Assembly: GCA_964057225.1 (NCBI GenBank)
Contig: OZ059898.1
Span: 9,238,001 to 9,302,000, forward strand
Origin: Auanema rhodensis
Lineage: Eukaryota; Animalia; Nematoda
Reading direction: 5' to 3'
Length of the DNA stretch: 64,000 bases
A program made the translations under genes and the position numbers. The notes under the pieces were generated by a model that had not been told where the DNA came from, did not search any database, and was given only the letters and a program-made list of their open reading frames with translations. This document shows positions 1-12,000 of this stretch, one piece after another (the first letter of the stretch is position 1; every line of letters starts with the position of its first letter).

Positions 1-1557
1 TGCACAATGCCAAAGGTTGTTTGATTTAAATTAAAATATTCAATAAAAGTGAAATATTAAGGTCCTACTTCTTCCATGATTTGGCTTCGAGATTACATCA
101 ATTTTTCTTACTACGGTGAACCAATTGACATTTTAGCTTCTCTTTTTGGCATCAAAACAGAGAAAAATAATCCTCGAATCGACCCTTATCAGGTATTTAT
201 TATAATTTTTATTTGTAATTTATATATTCCTTAAGGCCAATTTGACAACTAATAAATTATATTCATTTTTACAATCACCATTCTATGAACACTGGAATAC
301 ATTTATGAAAATAAAAAATACTAGGTTAGTTTGATTAAATTTTTAAAATACTTAACGAAGTACTTTAGTTCTCATCCAATCATTGAAAGATTCTGGTTAA
401 CTGTAGCATATGATAATACTTCAACTTGGGAGACAAGAATAGAACTTATGGAAGAATGGCGCGTAGTAGCAGCAAAGTAAGGATATTTTATAATATTTTT
501 TATTTATATTTATTCAATAAGAATTTTTAATAACTAAATTATGTGTATTGTTAAGATATAATGCTTTAAATGTTACTGTCTGGGAGCCCAATGGGATGTT
601 TGTGGATCAAATGTTAAGTTTAAAAACTGTAGCAATGCAGGTTGGATATAATACCTTTAGGATCTAAACTAATGAAATACTTTAGACTGGTGTCCTAACA
701 TTAGTTTGTATGGCTGTCGTCTGTGCAATATTCATTCCTAATCCTTGCAGTGTTATAACAGCATCAATTGCTATCGCATCGATAAGCATAGGTTTGATAT
801 TATAATTAAGGTAATTTTATAACTGAGATAAACAGGTGTTGTTGGATTCTTGTCTTGGTGGAACTTTGACTTAGATCCTGTGGTGATGGCAGCAGTTCTT
901 ATGACAATAGGCATGAGTGTAGACTTTATTGCACATGTCTCATACCATTATCAGGTACGTAACAAATTTTATTTTTTATTAATTTATTAAGCTGATCGAA
1001 AAATTTTAAGTTAACCAACAAAAAAGTAATTCAACATGGAAAAGTGATTAAGATAGCTGTCACAGGTCCGCAAGAAAAATTGGAACACACATTAGGTTAT
1101 TATAATTTGTAATATTATTACATAATATTCATTTAAGAAGCTGTTGGCTGGCCAATGATTCAAGCTGGTGTTTCTACTATTTGCTGCATACTCCCTCTTC
1201 TATTTTTGGCGGTAAATTTCGTACATTTTCATTTCTACTACTTTTTTTTAACGAATTTCAGAGCTACTCACCTTCAGTGTTTGTTGCAGCCATATTTTTA
1301 GTTGTATCATGGGGAGCTGTGCATGGCCTTGTGGTCTGATCTGAAATATTAATTACCAACTTTTTTTCCTTCTTCAGATTTTACCAAGTTTTTTGGGTAG
1401 TCTGCCGGATTGCCTAACCAATGCGAATTGCTATAGAACGTTCCTCTCTACTTCATCTGAGAAAAGCTGCCGCTATGTAGGAAGAAGAGATGATCCAGAT
1501 TCTGATTTGGAACAAGAGGAACAAGCATTAAACTCTGATCAAAAAACAACAGTTTGA
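1..1557 (+). CDS. Patched-related (PTR / RND-type) membrane protein, 3' exons only; 5' end outside the window
   Basis: Spliced translation across short GT-AG introns gives [68 protein letters not shown] (GxxxD motif) and [15 protein letters not shown], typical of nematode PTR C-terminal halves. Ends ...NSDQKTTV* with TGA at 1555-1557. Paralog not assignable by eye. Confidence 0.93.
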
Positions 1558-2271
1558 TCACATTATTCTATTCAGCTCCGCTCCAGGCAATATTCTCTTT
1601 ACATATGCAACTCACAAAAAAATTCAGTTTTAATGTTTAATTTGTACATTCTTCTTTCGTACTCGTCAAAAATATTACGGTACCTCTTATAATATGGTAA
1701 TCTAGTCGATCAAACATGTTCTCACCTCATATGTGCATTAGAAAGCCTAAGTATTATCTTTCATTGTTTTTTAATCTCTTTGACATTTTTACTTTACTTC
1801 AGGGATTCACATCCTATTTTGTTCCGTTTTTTTAAATCTAGCGATACTTAAAGTTTCTCTTTCAGTCTGTTCAAGATTAAATATTTATTGTATGAAGGGG
1901 AAACGAACATACAAAATAAGTCAAGATGTAAACAATCATAATTAGTTATTAGACTCATAATATGAAATAGCATATATATATAAACCCGTAGAATATAACG
2001 AAGTTAGAAACACGATTTTCTAAGATAGATCAAAGTAAAAACATTATTAGACAAACAAGAATCTTGATAGAACAGATTCTTGCTCATCGCACTGATAAAA
2101 CTTTAGCGCCAACTGCAAGCCTTTCTAGAAATCATAAAATATCCGAATATGTACATTGAGAACTCGTTGGTTTAACCAAAAAAGAAAAGTTATAAAACGA
2201 AAAGTCACTGGAAAAATATCACGCAATATAGAAAGATGAGCTTGAATAAATTAAATTCCTAAGGTATTGTG

Positions 2272-5200
2272 CTATACCTGATGGAACTGTGAAGTGTATT
2301 GACACGAATTGAAAAATAAGGGAGGTGTACCAGAAGGATGGTTCTCTGACGAAAGGGACGAATCAAAAACAAAGGAATTTCCAAAAGGATTTCCTTGGGA
2401 ACTGTAAAATGAAGTAGCTCCTAGGCCATATTCGCTGTGATGTTCTTCATAAGGTGGCGATGATTTAAGATAGCTATTTGCAGAAGTTGACCAGTAATTC
2501 GGAGTAACCTGAAAAAAACGTGTAAACCAAAGCATATAAGAAAAAACTAACCATTGCACAAGCTTGCGGGGAGTATTTGTCAATATGAGAGGGCATAGGA
2601 TCACTAACAGGAGAATCCAGAAGAGTTGATTGATTACATAACAAAGGTCGGCCAAGAGAGTAATTGTCGGAAGGAGAAGGTGTAGAAATACCATCGGAAT
2701 GAGGTGGTGTAAGTGGTTGAAGCTTTCGCTTAACAGGAACACGCTACAATAAATATATAAGCAAAATATTGAGGGAAAAAAACTACCTTAACTCCTTTGC
2801 CATTAGATTTTCCAAGCTTAACAAGTGGTTTTCCGGAACACACAGATAAGGGCAACACGGTAGCTTTAGAATTTAAAACTTCTACAATTTCGCAGAAATG
2901 TTGGTCCTCAGCAATCTCTCGTGGTGTACGCTCTTTTTGGTCAGTTATCTCGATGCTAGCCCCGGCTTCAACTAAAGTTATCACAGGCTCTAATCGTCCT
3001 TCTTTGGATGCAAGGAACAATGGTGTACACTCCTAAAAATAGCCAAATTAAAAAAAAACTTTATGTTCATAATCTACCTCAAGATCCTGAGCATCTTTAT
3101 TAGCACCTTCAGCAATTAAGAATTTCAACATGTTCATGTTATTGTACTGTGCGGCATAATGTAAAGCAGTACGACCTTTGTATGTTCTAGCACTCTAAAA
3201 AAAATGATTATGTCCTTGAAAGTTGCAGAAAAACACGTACCTTGTCACCAGGATAGGATGGATCAGCACCGGCAGCAATAAGAGCTTCTGCGACTTCCGT
3301 ACTAAGAATGCAATTCATAGCACACACCATCAAGGCCGTTCTATCAAATTCATCAACTTCATTGATCTAAAATGTAATTAATTAGGACAACATTTCAGTT
3401 ACAATTGAAACCTCGTCAATTACGCTTTGCTGCCTCAATAGTTCATTCACAATTTTGATATCACCATTATGAGCAGCTTGATGTAGACAAGTGCTATTCT
3501 TGTTGTTCATGAGTGTGGGGTCAGCACCAAGATCTAAAAGTTTTCGGACCAATTCAAATCGTCCAAATCGGCAAGCAATGAATAAAGCGGTTTCTTCGCC
3601 TAAACTTATGAAACTAATTTATGATTACTAATTGAATCAACTCACTTTCATCCTGCATGTTAAGATCAGCACCAGCATTGAATAACTTTTGAGCATCATC
3701 AACAACTACATCCGATGATTTAGAAGTATTTTCCGCCAGCCACATCAATGGAGTTCTTCCAGAACCTCCAGCACGAACATTTACTTGAGCTGGGTTGATA
3801 GGAATACGAATAGATTCATTTGACGACACTTGTATGTGAAGATCAGAAGGATCAGAATAAGTCGTAATAGTACTAGAAGTCAGGGAAACACTACAAAGAA
3901 CGAATATGAATGTTTACAAAATAAAAAAACTTACGGTTTGGCAGGTGTTGGTAAAACAGAGCAACTACCATCAAACCCATCGGGATGATAATAGTTCATT
4001 GGGGCATCAATCTTCGCTCTTTTGCAATTACAGAGATCAACTTGAGATCCAAAAAGATTCATCCGAGCAGCATGTTCCGCATGATGATGAGCTAATTGTT
4101 TATCTATAAAACAAAAATAAATAAATAATATCAGAATGTTTATATCACTTTGAGCTTCAGTTGGTGGATACCAAGTGGGAGCGGTAATGATACGTCTCTT
4201 TCTGGTTCTTCGTTGTTGTTGAAGAACATAAATTGATCCCATTATAATCATAGCTCCTATACCACAAAGAAGTACAGCATAGAAAGAAGAAGCTTCAATG
4301 TTTTCAGGATTTTCTCGTTTAGCAATAGCTTCATATATGGGCATTCCAATATCAGCAAGTTCCTAAACAACTTTTAATTAATTGTAGGATAACTAATTCC
4401 TCACCTTCTTAGCCTGTGCTCGGCCGAGATAATTAGCGACAATACCAACATCACTGAAACAATCTCCAGAGCAAGAAGCTACGTCAATATTAATCCAAAC
4501 AACAACGCCCTGACTCCCACTGGAACGCTTAGATCTCAAGAAACCACCATATGAAACGGAAAGGGACTAAAAGAGCATATTAACTTTAACAAATAAAACA
4601 ATTTTTTTACCATATCAGAATCGAAAGGAATTCGAGTTCCTGCGTTACCATCGTTCCACTTGAAAACCATAGGCCCTTCGTTGTCGGATTTAATTCGGAT
4701 TGAAGCTCTTAACTTGCTACTCAAAGTCATCAAAAATTTGTTAACTTGGGCAACAAAGACGTCAGGAGAAGTTAGAACAACAATTATAACATCACCAGTC
4801 AACTAAACAGAAAATAAGAATGTCTACAATAAAACAAAGAACTTACAACACTATTATCCGAACGTTCGCAATCTCCTCCATCAAAACCACATCCCAATGA
4901 ATTGCATCTCTGGTCACACCTGTTATCTCCATAATGCGTTTCACAATAGTCCTTGTAAGGACAATTGGGTGATGGACGATCACAATCAAAACCATCGAAA
5001 AGACAAAACTCATTGTTACAAATCTGAAACAAATTGAGTTAGCAAAACCGTTTAACAGCTTATTTAACCTCATCGCATTTGTCATCACGGAACACTCGAG
5101 AGCAATAGCTGGCATGTTCACACTTCGAATAAGGCTTCGACATAGCAGAACAATCATTTCCATCATAATCACATGCGAAGAAATTACAGTCTTCATCACA

Positions 5201-8200
5201 AATTCCATTATGAGCTTTTTCAGCACAGTTTCGAGAGACACAAATATCTTTTTCCAATCTAAAAATATATTGTATATCAGTGTTTTTACTAAACAACTCA
5301 CTTATCCGTGGTGTTAAATTGATCTAAGTCAACGAACGTGTGACAATTTGGTCCAGTATATCCTCTTTTGCATATACATTTATACGAATTGATCCCGTCT
5401 ACACAAGTACCACCGTTCAAACATAGCCTAAAATTTTAAAAAATGCATAATGTATTCCCAAATAAAAGTGTAAGCCCTTCATATTTCAATGTCACAATAA
5501 CAAGAATAAACTAAGGCCTAATTTTCTATTATTAATCATTAATAGCTATTTCTCTAAACCCCCTAAAATCTTCACACATGCGACATTTCTCAAAATTTTG
5601 CAGATGTTAACTAAATAATGTACTGGTTAAAAAATGTATTTCTAATTATTATCGCAGTTCCCTCGCTCTTCCCACGACGTGTGATTGGCGCACTAGCAGG
5701 TGTATCTGTGGGGTGTGACAAGGCTGGGAAACATTTTTAGCCAGCTGACGTCCTGCTGAGTATTCAGAAAATATTCTTCCCACAAACTTCGTTCCAAATT
5801 AATTTATAATAGAAACAATAAATAGTATCCTTTTTAAAATTAACCCATATTTTCGGAATTATTACCCCTACCGCCAAATATCTGATACTCTTATCACAAA
5901 AAACGGATCGAATATGCTAGTTAGTCTTAACTTCCTTAACAATATGTATCCCATGACCTCTTCTTATCATACACTTATTACTTCTGAACATACTATTCTT
6001 TTGTTTTATAGAGCAAATAATCCGTACAATCTATTTACGAGTCGGTATTTGCTAGCTAACCATTTTACTGCCTGGGAAATAATGTACCTCATACCGTTAC
6101 GTAAATGTGACGATATGGTAGCAACAATACTCTGCACTTAGACATCAATAAAATAAAAATGACTGACCCGTGTGGTTTACATTCATCTACGTCTATTTGA
6201 CAGTTACGTCCACTGAATCCAGGTTGACATTGACATCTATAGCTGTCAACAGCATCGACACAGGTTGCTCCATTTAGGCAAGGATTATTGATACAATCAT
6301 CTAAAAAATATTTGTATACAAAACTGTTTATTGCTCAGTTAGCGTACCTATGTCGGATTGACACGTATATCCACTGAAACCAGCAGTACAGATACATTTG
6401 AAGCCATTAGCATCATCGACACAAGTTCCATTATTGGCACATGGATCTACAAGAAGATAATACAGAATTATAGTGTTACTATATAGTTACTTGAAGAACA
6501 AAAGTCTATTTTTACTTCACAATTCACGCCGGAATAATGTGAAGGACATTTACATTGATAACTTCCATATGTGTTTTTACAAGTGCCACCATGAACACAT
6601 GGATTCTTAGCACATTCATCGACATCTTGATCACAATATTCTCCGGTAAATCCAGATTTACACACACAGCTAGCTGTACGAGAGTCTTCGCCTAATTGGC
6701 AGACAGCGTTTGAACCGCAATTTTTATCAGAACATGGATCGTACTAAAACATAGTCTTAAACCCCCAAAATATAATTAAATGAGGAATACCTTTGAATCG
6801 CATGTGGGACCTGAGAATGGAGGTCTGCATAGACAACGAAATCCATTAATATCATGAACACAAGTTCCGTTGTTGGAACACGTAGTTGTCTTACAGTGAT
6901 TGATAGGCTCCTAAAAAAAGTTTGATACTTTCCTCAAAAAAAAGTTTAAAAATACATCGCACTGTTTTCCTCCATACCCCATTGGGCAAATGCATTTATA
7001 ACCGTTTTCATTGTCCAAACAGCTACCATGAAGGCATGGATTAGTCGAACAAGAGTTGGTAGAATCTTCAATAGTACTCTGACAATCGAGACCATGATAA
7101 CCTTTAGGACAACCACAAATAGGCAAGCTAAATAAAAATAATATACACACTTGAGCTCCTTTTATATATACCTTCCAGATCCATTATCTATGCAAATGCT
7201 ACCCCGTGGGCAAGTTTGCATTCCGCAAACAACTCCTTTATGCTCACAAAACATTCCAGTGTACCCTTTAGGACAGACACAAACATTGCTGTCACAGATT
7301 CCACCATTAACACATGGCTTCTCCGGACAAGTAGTTCCATGAATTTCACATCTTGGCCCGAAGAATCCTTCCTTACAAACACATTGAAATGACTCAATAT
7401 GATCAATGCAAGTTCCTTGGTTAAGACAAGGGCTAGGCTCACACGATGACATCAATTGATCGCAATGTGTACCAGTGAATGCTAAATTCTTAGATGTAAT
7501 TAAATATTTTTTAAATGCTCTTACGTTTCTGGCAAAAACATTGATAGCCACCTGGAGTGTTCACACAAGTTCCATTGTTATAGCAAAGATCTTCACCGAG
7601 AGCGCACTCATTAATATCTTCATCGCAGTGCAAACCCTAAACATATATTTGTTAGAAACATTCAATTAAAACACAATCTACCTGGAAACCCTTTTCACAA
7701 TCGCATGCATAATCACCAGTTGATGTATCAGTAATGCATTTTCCATTTCGACAAGGATGTCTTGTAACACATTGATCCTCGAGCTCACAGAGAACACCTG
7801 GATGCCAGCAAACATTGAGAAACCATTTAGTTTTAACTTCCTACCAGTTTTTCCAGGTGGACATTCACAAGTGAACATGGCTAACCCATCAACACAAGTA
7901 GCTCCCAAGCTACAAGGGTTGCCGGCACAATCATCATGGTCGAGCTCACAAAATTCCCCTTCAAATCCATTGGGGCAAACGCATGAAAATCCTCCTTCAT
8001 TATTAACACAGGTCCCACCATTTCTACATGGTTGATTTCTAGCACACTCATTGACATCGTTTTCGCAAAAAACACCTGAAAGTAGTAAATCCTTAAACAA
8101 CTCTATTATGTAATAATTGTCCATTTCCGTTTCTACTTAAGTAAAAAACAAATATTGGATTTTTCACAGATTACGCACATTATTACCATTTAAGGTATAC

Positions 8201-11200
8201 GGTATAGTGTTAAGGTCAACCCCAGTGCAAACAATGATTTTAAGTCACAAGGTTGCTTACCTTCAAACATACTGGGGCACAAACAAGAATACTGGCTGTC
8301 ATGAAGCATACAAACTCCTCCATTCAGACAAGCGTTTGATCCTCTACCAGATACAGAGCACTCCAATGAAGCTGATCTAAGCTCACAGCGACTTCCAACA
8401 TATCCTCTTTCACAAGAGCAATGAAATGAGCCATACTAAAAATGAAGATGAATACAACAATTTCATTCAAAATATGATTACTTCATTAACACATTGTCCA
8501 TGAATGCATGGATTGGCTAAACATTCATCTACATCGTGTTGACAAAGTGGTCCTTCGAAGTTCGCAGGACAACTACACGAAATAGTATTTTTATCAATAT
8601 TGCAAATTCCGCCATTTTTACAGTAATCAACGGGGCATGGGTCACGCTCAGAGCAGTTTTCACCTAAAAAAAAGAGAATTTTGAATTCATTGATTTTCAA
8701 TTGAGAAAACAGACACCGAACTTTACAAGGCCGACTTTAAAAATCGTGGGAATCAATTTCTTTGAAAACACAAAGCAATTATTTCACTACGGTAATCTTT
8801 TTTCCATTACGGTACCGAAGAGATAATTTAGCCAGATTTACCCAGACAAATTAGGATTTTCCGCGAATAAAAATAGAAGTTAATTGTGTGAGCCAAAAAA
8901 TCTTAAAGCAATAGTGAAATAGACAAATTAAAGTTTTTCTTAGATGTGCCCAACTAAGACATTTGACATCCTTCTAAATGAGAGGCTTTGATGGGGACCG
9001 CTAATGGCATCTATAGCATCCACTCTTTATATTACGAAAATATGATTCAAATAAAAGTTATACTTTCAAACAGTATTTGAACAGTATTTTTTTCACAATG
9101 ATAATCGCCCTCACCAATTGAAAGATAACTATTTGTATTTATGTGCTAAACTCACATATTACTCATTCTTATTACGTAAGAATAGAACAAGAGGGGTAAT
9201 CTGGACTCCTATTTAACCCCTATCCCAATATAAATGTCAGTAGAAATCAGACGTTGAATTTCGTTAGACTAGCAATGTGAGACAAGCCCACCATTGAGAA
9301 AACCCGTCGCAAATAGCCAATGATAGTAAATCTTAAAAGTCGTTAAACTCGAAACTATCCTATATATGGTGGTATTGAACCTTTCCTGTATCTCTTTCCT
9401 TCCTGTATGTCTAGACCTCTCTCCTATTATTCCTTTCTGAATGGAGATCTCTCGCTTTTTCTTAGGTGTTAGCAGCATTCCCATGACGAAAAAAACGAGA
9501 CAACTCGGAACAATCTTTTCTTAGTGATGTGGCAAGAACTTTTTGCGACAGACAAAGAAGGAGGGGACTATTCATCACTGAGGAATATCGATGGATGGCG
9601 TGAGACATATCTGGTTTCGAAATTGCCACAATCGATTTGAGATGTTAAAGATGAGGTTTAAGATACGCTTCATATAAGGACTTGATATGTATAACACTTC
9701 AAGGGCTATAATCATTGAAAATATTTGCATTTCACACAGACGTTGAGCGATTATGGTACCAAGCATGAGATAGTCAAACAACCAATGAACATGAAATTCA
9801 GAAGATACATACCTGTCCATCCTTTGTGACATATGCATTTATAGTCATTGAGAGAAGTTGTTAATTGACAACGTCCATGTGGTCCACAAGGGATTTCAGC
9901 TTTACAAATATTGTTTGCTACCGACTTCTCACAGTAACGACCCTCAAAACCTGAAAAAAAGATGATTAACTACGTGCGTTTAAAAATCAGTAAGCTCGAA
10001 AGTTTAATGAGATTTTTTCGCATTAAACTAAATGTGAGAATTTCAATCTTTTCTATTCCTGGTTCATTCTTTTAGATCAGGTAGTTAATTGGAAACAGAT
10101 ACTTTTTGCGGTAATAGAAATAGGTTGTTATTCAAAAGCGGTTTTTCTTTGTGAATTGACCTCAACTTCAGGATGACATTGAGCTTGATGACAGACAGAA
10201 TGTTGTTACTTCGGGTAATTGGTAAAACAAGTGGGAAATGACCCAACCACAATCTGTTTTGGGTTTCTCTTAATAAGCCGACTAAAAGCAAAGCGAACGT
10301 TTAGGTAGTTCGATGAACTGTTCAGATAACTGTGCTTATAGCCCCAGGTAGCCAACAGGTGTGAAAGAAATAGTATAGTTAATATGGTTCTTTGATGACA
10401 TTTGACTTAACTAAGTGTAATAGTAAAACTAAAAAACAGTAACTGAAAACCTTTTTCCCTTCTAACCATTGTCAGTAAATCAACTAAATCGTGAGTTATA
10501 TCATATGGGTTTAGGACTTGGGCATAATGATGGCCGCAACAAAAGTGATGAATGAGGTTAGAAAAAAAGAAATTGAAAAAAAGAAAACCTTTGGAAAATC
10601 ATTTAAAAGAAACTACATCTTACCAAGAGCGCAGTGACAGACAAAATCTGATCCTTCTCTTGCGCACTGTCCACCATTTTTACAAACATCGGGACATGTA
10701 AGCTCTTCACATCTTGAGCCAGTGAATCCATGAAGACAACTGAAATAATAATAGTTACAAATAAAACTCAAAAGATGAAAGTCGATTAGAAATGCCGTGG
10801 TCAGCCGGTTTTACGCATCAAAATTTAAAAAAGGCAGATGTTAATATGACGTAGTGAGAATGCAACAAATTCAACAACTCATGGATTTTGAATACATCTT
10901 TGCGAAATGAAGATGAAAGAAACCGCTGACTGCTCCATATAGGAAGAAATTGATGTTTCGTTAAAACCAAAAGATTTGAGTCTCAGATTCAAATGCTATA
11001 ACATATATAATACTGAGGTGTTGAAAAAGTGATATGTTGCGCAATTTACAAAGTTGACAAGATGAGATTTCAAAAGATTGTAATCAATACTTATCCACAT
11101 TACGCAACACAAATCAAGCCACATTCAACAAGATAAGTCTTCAACATTGAGCCAGATTTGGTTTTGTCTGACCAAGAAGATGATGACTAATATGATCACA

Positions 11201-11698
11201 ACTCCAGTTAAATCATGATAAGAAAATAGAAATATAATAGTAGATAGCGCTATGAAATTAAGTACAAAGACATTGAGGTTGAACTTATATAACATATAAT
11301 ATATTAAGAATAAATCAATAAGAATGACCCTTTCTTAAACTTATTAATAGAATATTATCTTATCACTCAAAAAAACAAAATAATATTATATGGAATCTAA
11401 TAGAAACGAATTTTTGCTTTAATAGAAACAATACAAATAGAAATATATTGAATATTAGATGAATATGTAAAAATTAAATAATTAAAAAATAAAAACACCC
11501 ACCTACACCAATGAATATTGTTATTAGGTCCTTTATGACATATGCCACCGTTTTTACATGATTTAGAATGACACTGTCCTAAATATATATATAAAATATA
11601 TTAAAAATATTAAATAATATTAATGTACCTGGCAAAAACTTAGTTTCAATTAAGCAAAATGTTTGTAAAGAAACTAAAAGGAAAATTATTTTCCACAT
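2272..11698 (-). CDS. lin-12: Notch receptor (LIN-12/GLP-1 family): signal peptide, 20 EGF repeats, 3 LNR, HD with RSKR site, TM, RAM, ankyrin repeats, PEST
   Basis: ATG at 11698 gives [19 protein letters not shown] (signal peptide). EGF exons run 11578 to ~5340; LNR repeats ([47 protein letters not shown]) ~5260-4860; [23 protein letters not shown] then RRTRKRR and RAM TWYPP; [37 protein letters not shown]; stop at 2272. May be a pro-ortholog of both lin-12 and glp-1, so the symbol is a family label. Confidence 0.97.
5660..5790. promoter_or_regulatory. Intronic candidate enhancer of the Notch gene with LAG-1/CSL sites and E-boxes
   Basis: GC-richer island in a ~740 nt intron. TTCCCACG 5669-5676 and TTCCCACA 5777-5784 (YGTGGGAA), CTGGGAA 5724-5730, CAGGTG 5697-5702, CAGCTG 5742-5747. 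Confidence 0.6.
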
Positions 11699-11859
11699 TG
11701 TGCAACGAAAATCGGGTACTGTTTAACAGTTTAGCACATGAGCAATATATATTTATTACAACTGAAACTGAATACTTTAAAAATATGTATGTGAATATAA
11801 TTAAATATAAATACTAGCGATTTAAGGAATACGACGATATGACTAAAGTATATGACATC

Positions 11860-12000
11860 TAATGGTGGGGGCGGGTTTTGGCACATAGTCTCCTATTAGT
11901 CTTGCAAGTCCCCTCATGCCACTTGGTCCGCCCACTTGCCCTATTCTACACTGGCGGTAAGATGACCAGCAAATCTACCGCCTATAGTTTCACAAATAAC
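11860..12000 (-). promoter_or_regulatory. Probable proximal promoter of the Notch gene (GC boxes)
   Basis: GC-rich patch 160-300 nt upstream of the ATG in AT-rich flanks, with GGTGGGGGCGGG and CCGCCCAC SP/KLF-like boxes. Confidence 0.4.

Noticed and set aside
2500-2742. Hydrophobic N-terminal half of the 156-aa ORF
   Set aside because: Wrong frame plus intron; the spliced Notch frame reads [16 protein letters not shown]. Only the part from VTPNYW is coding.
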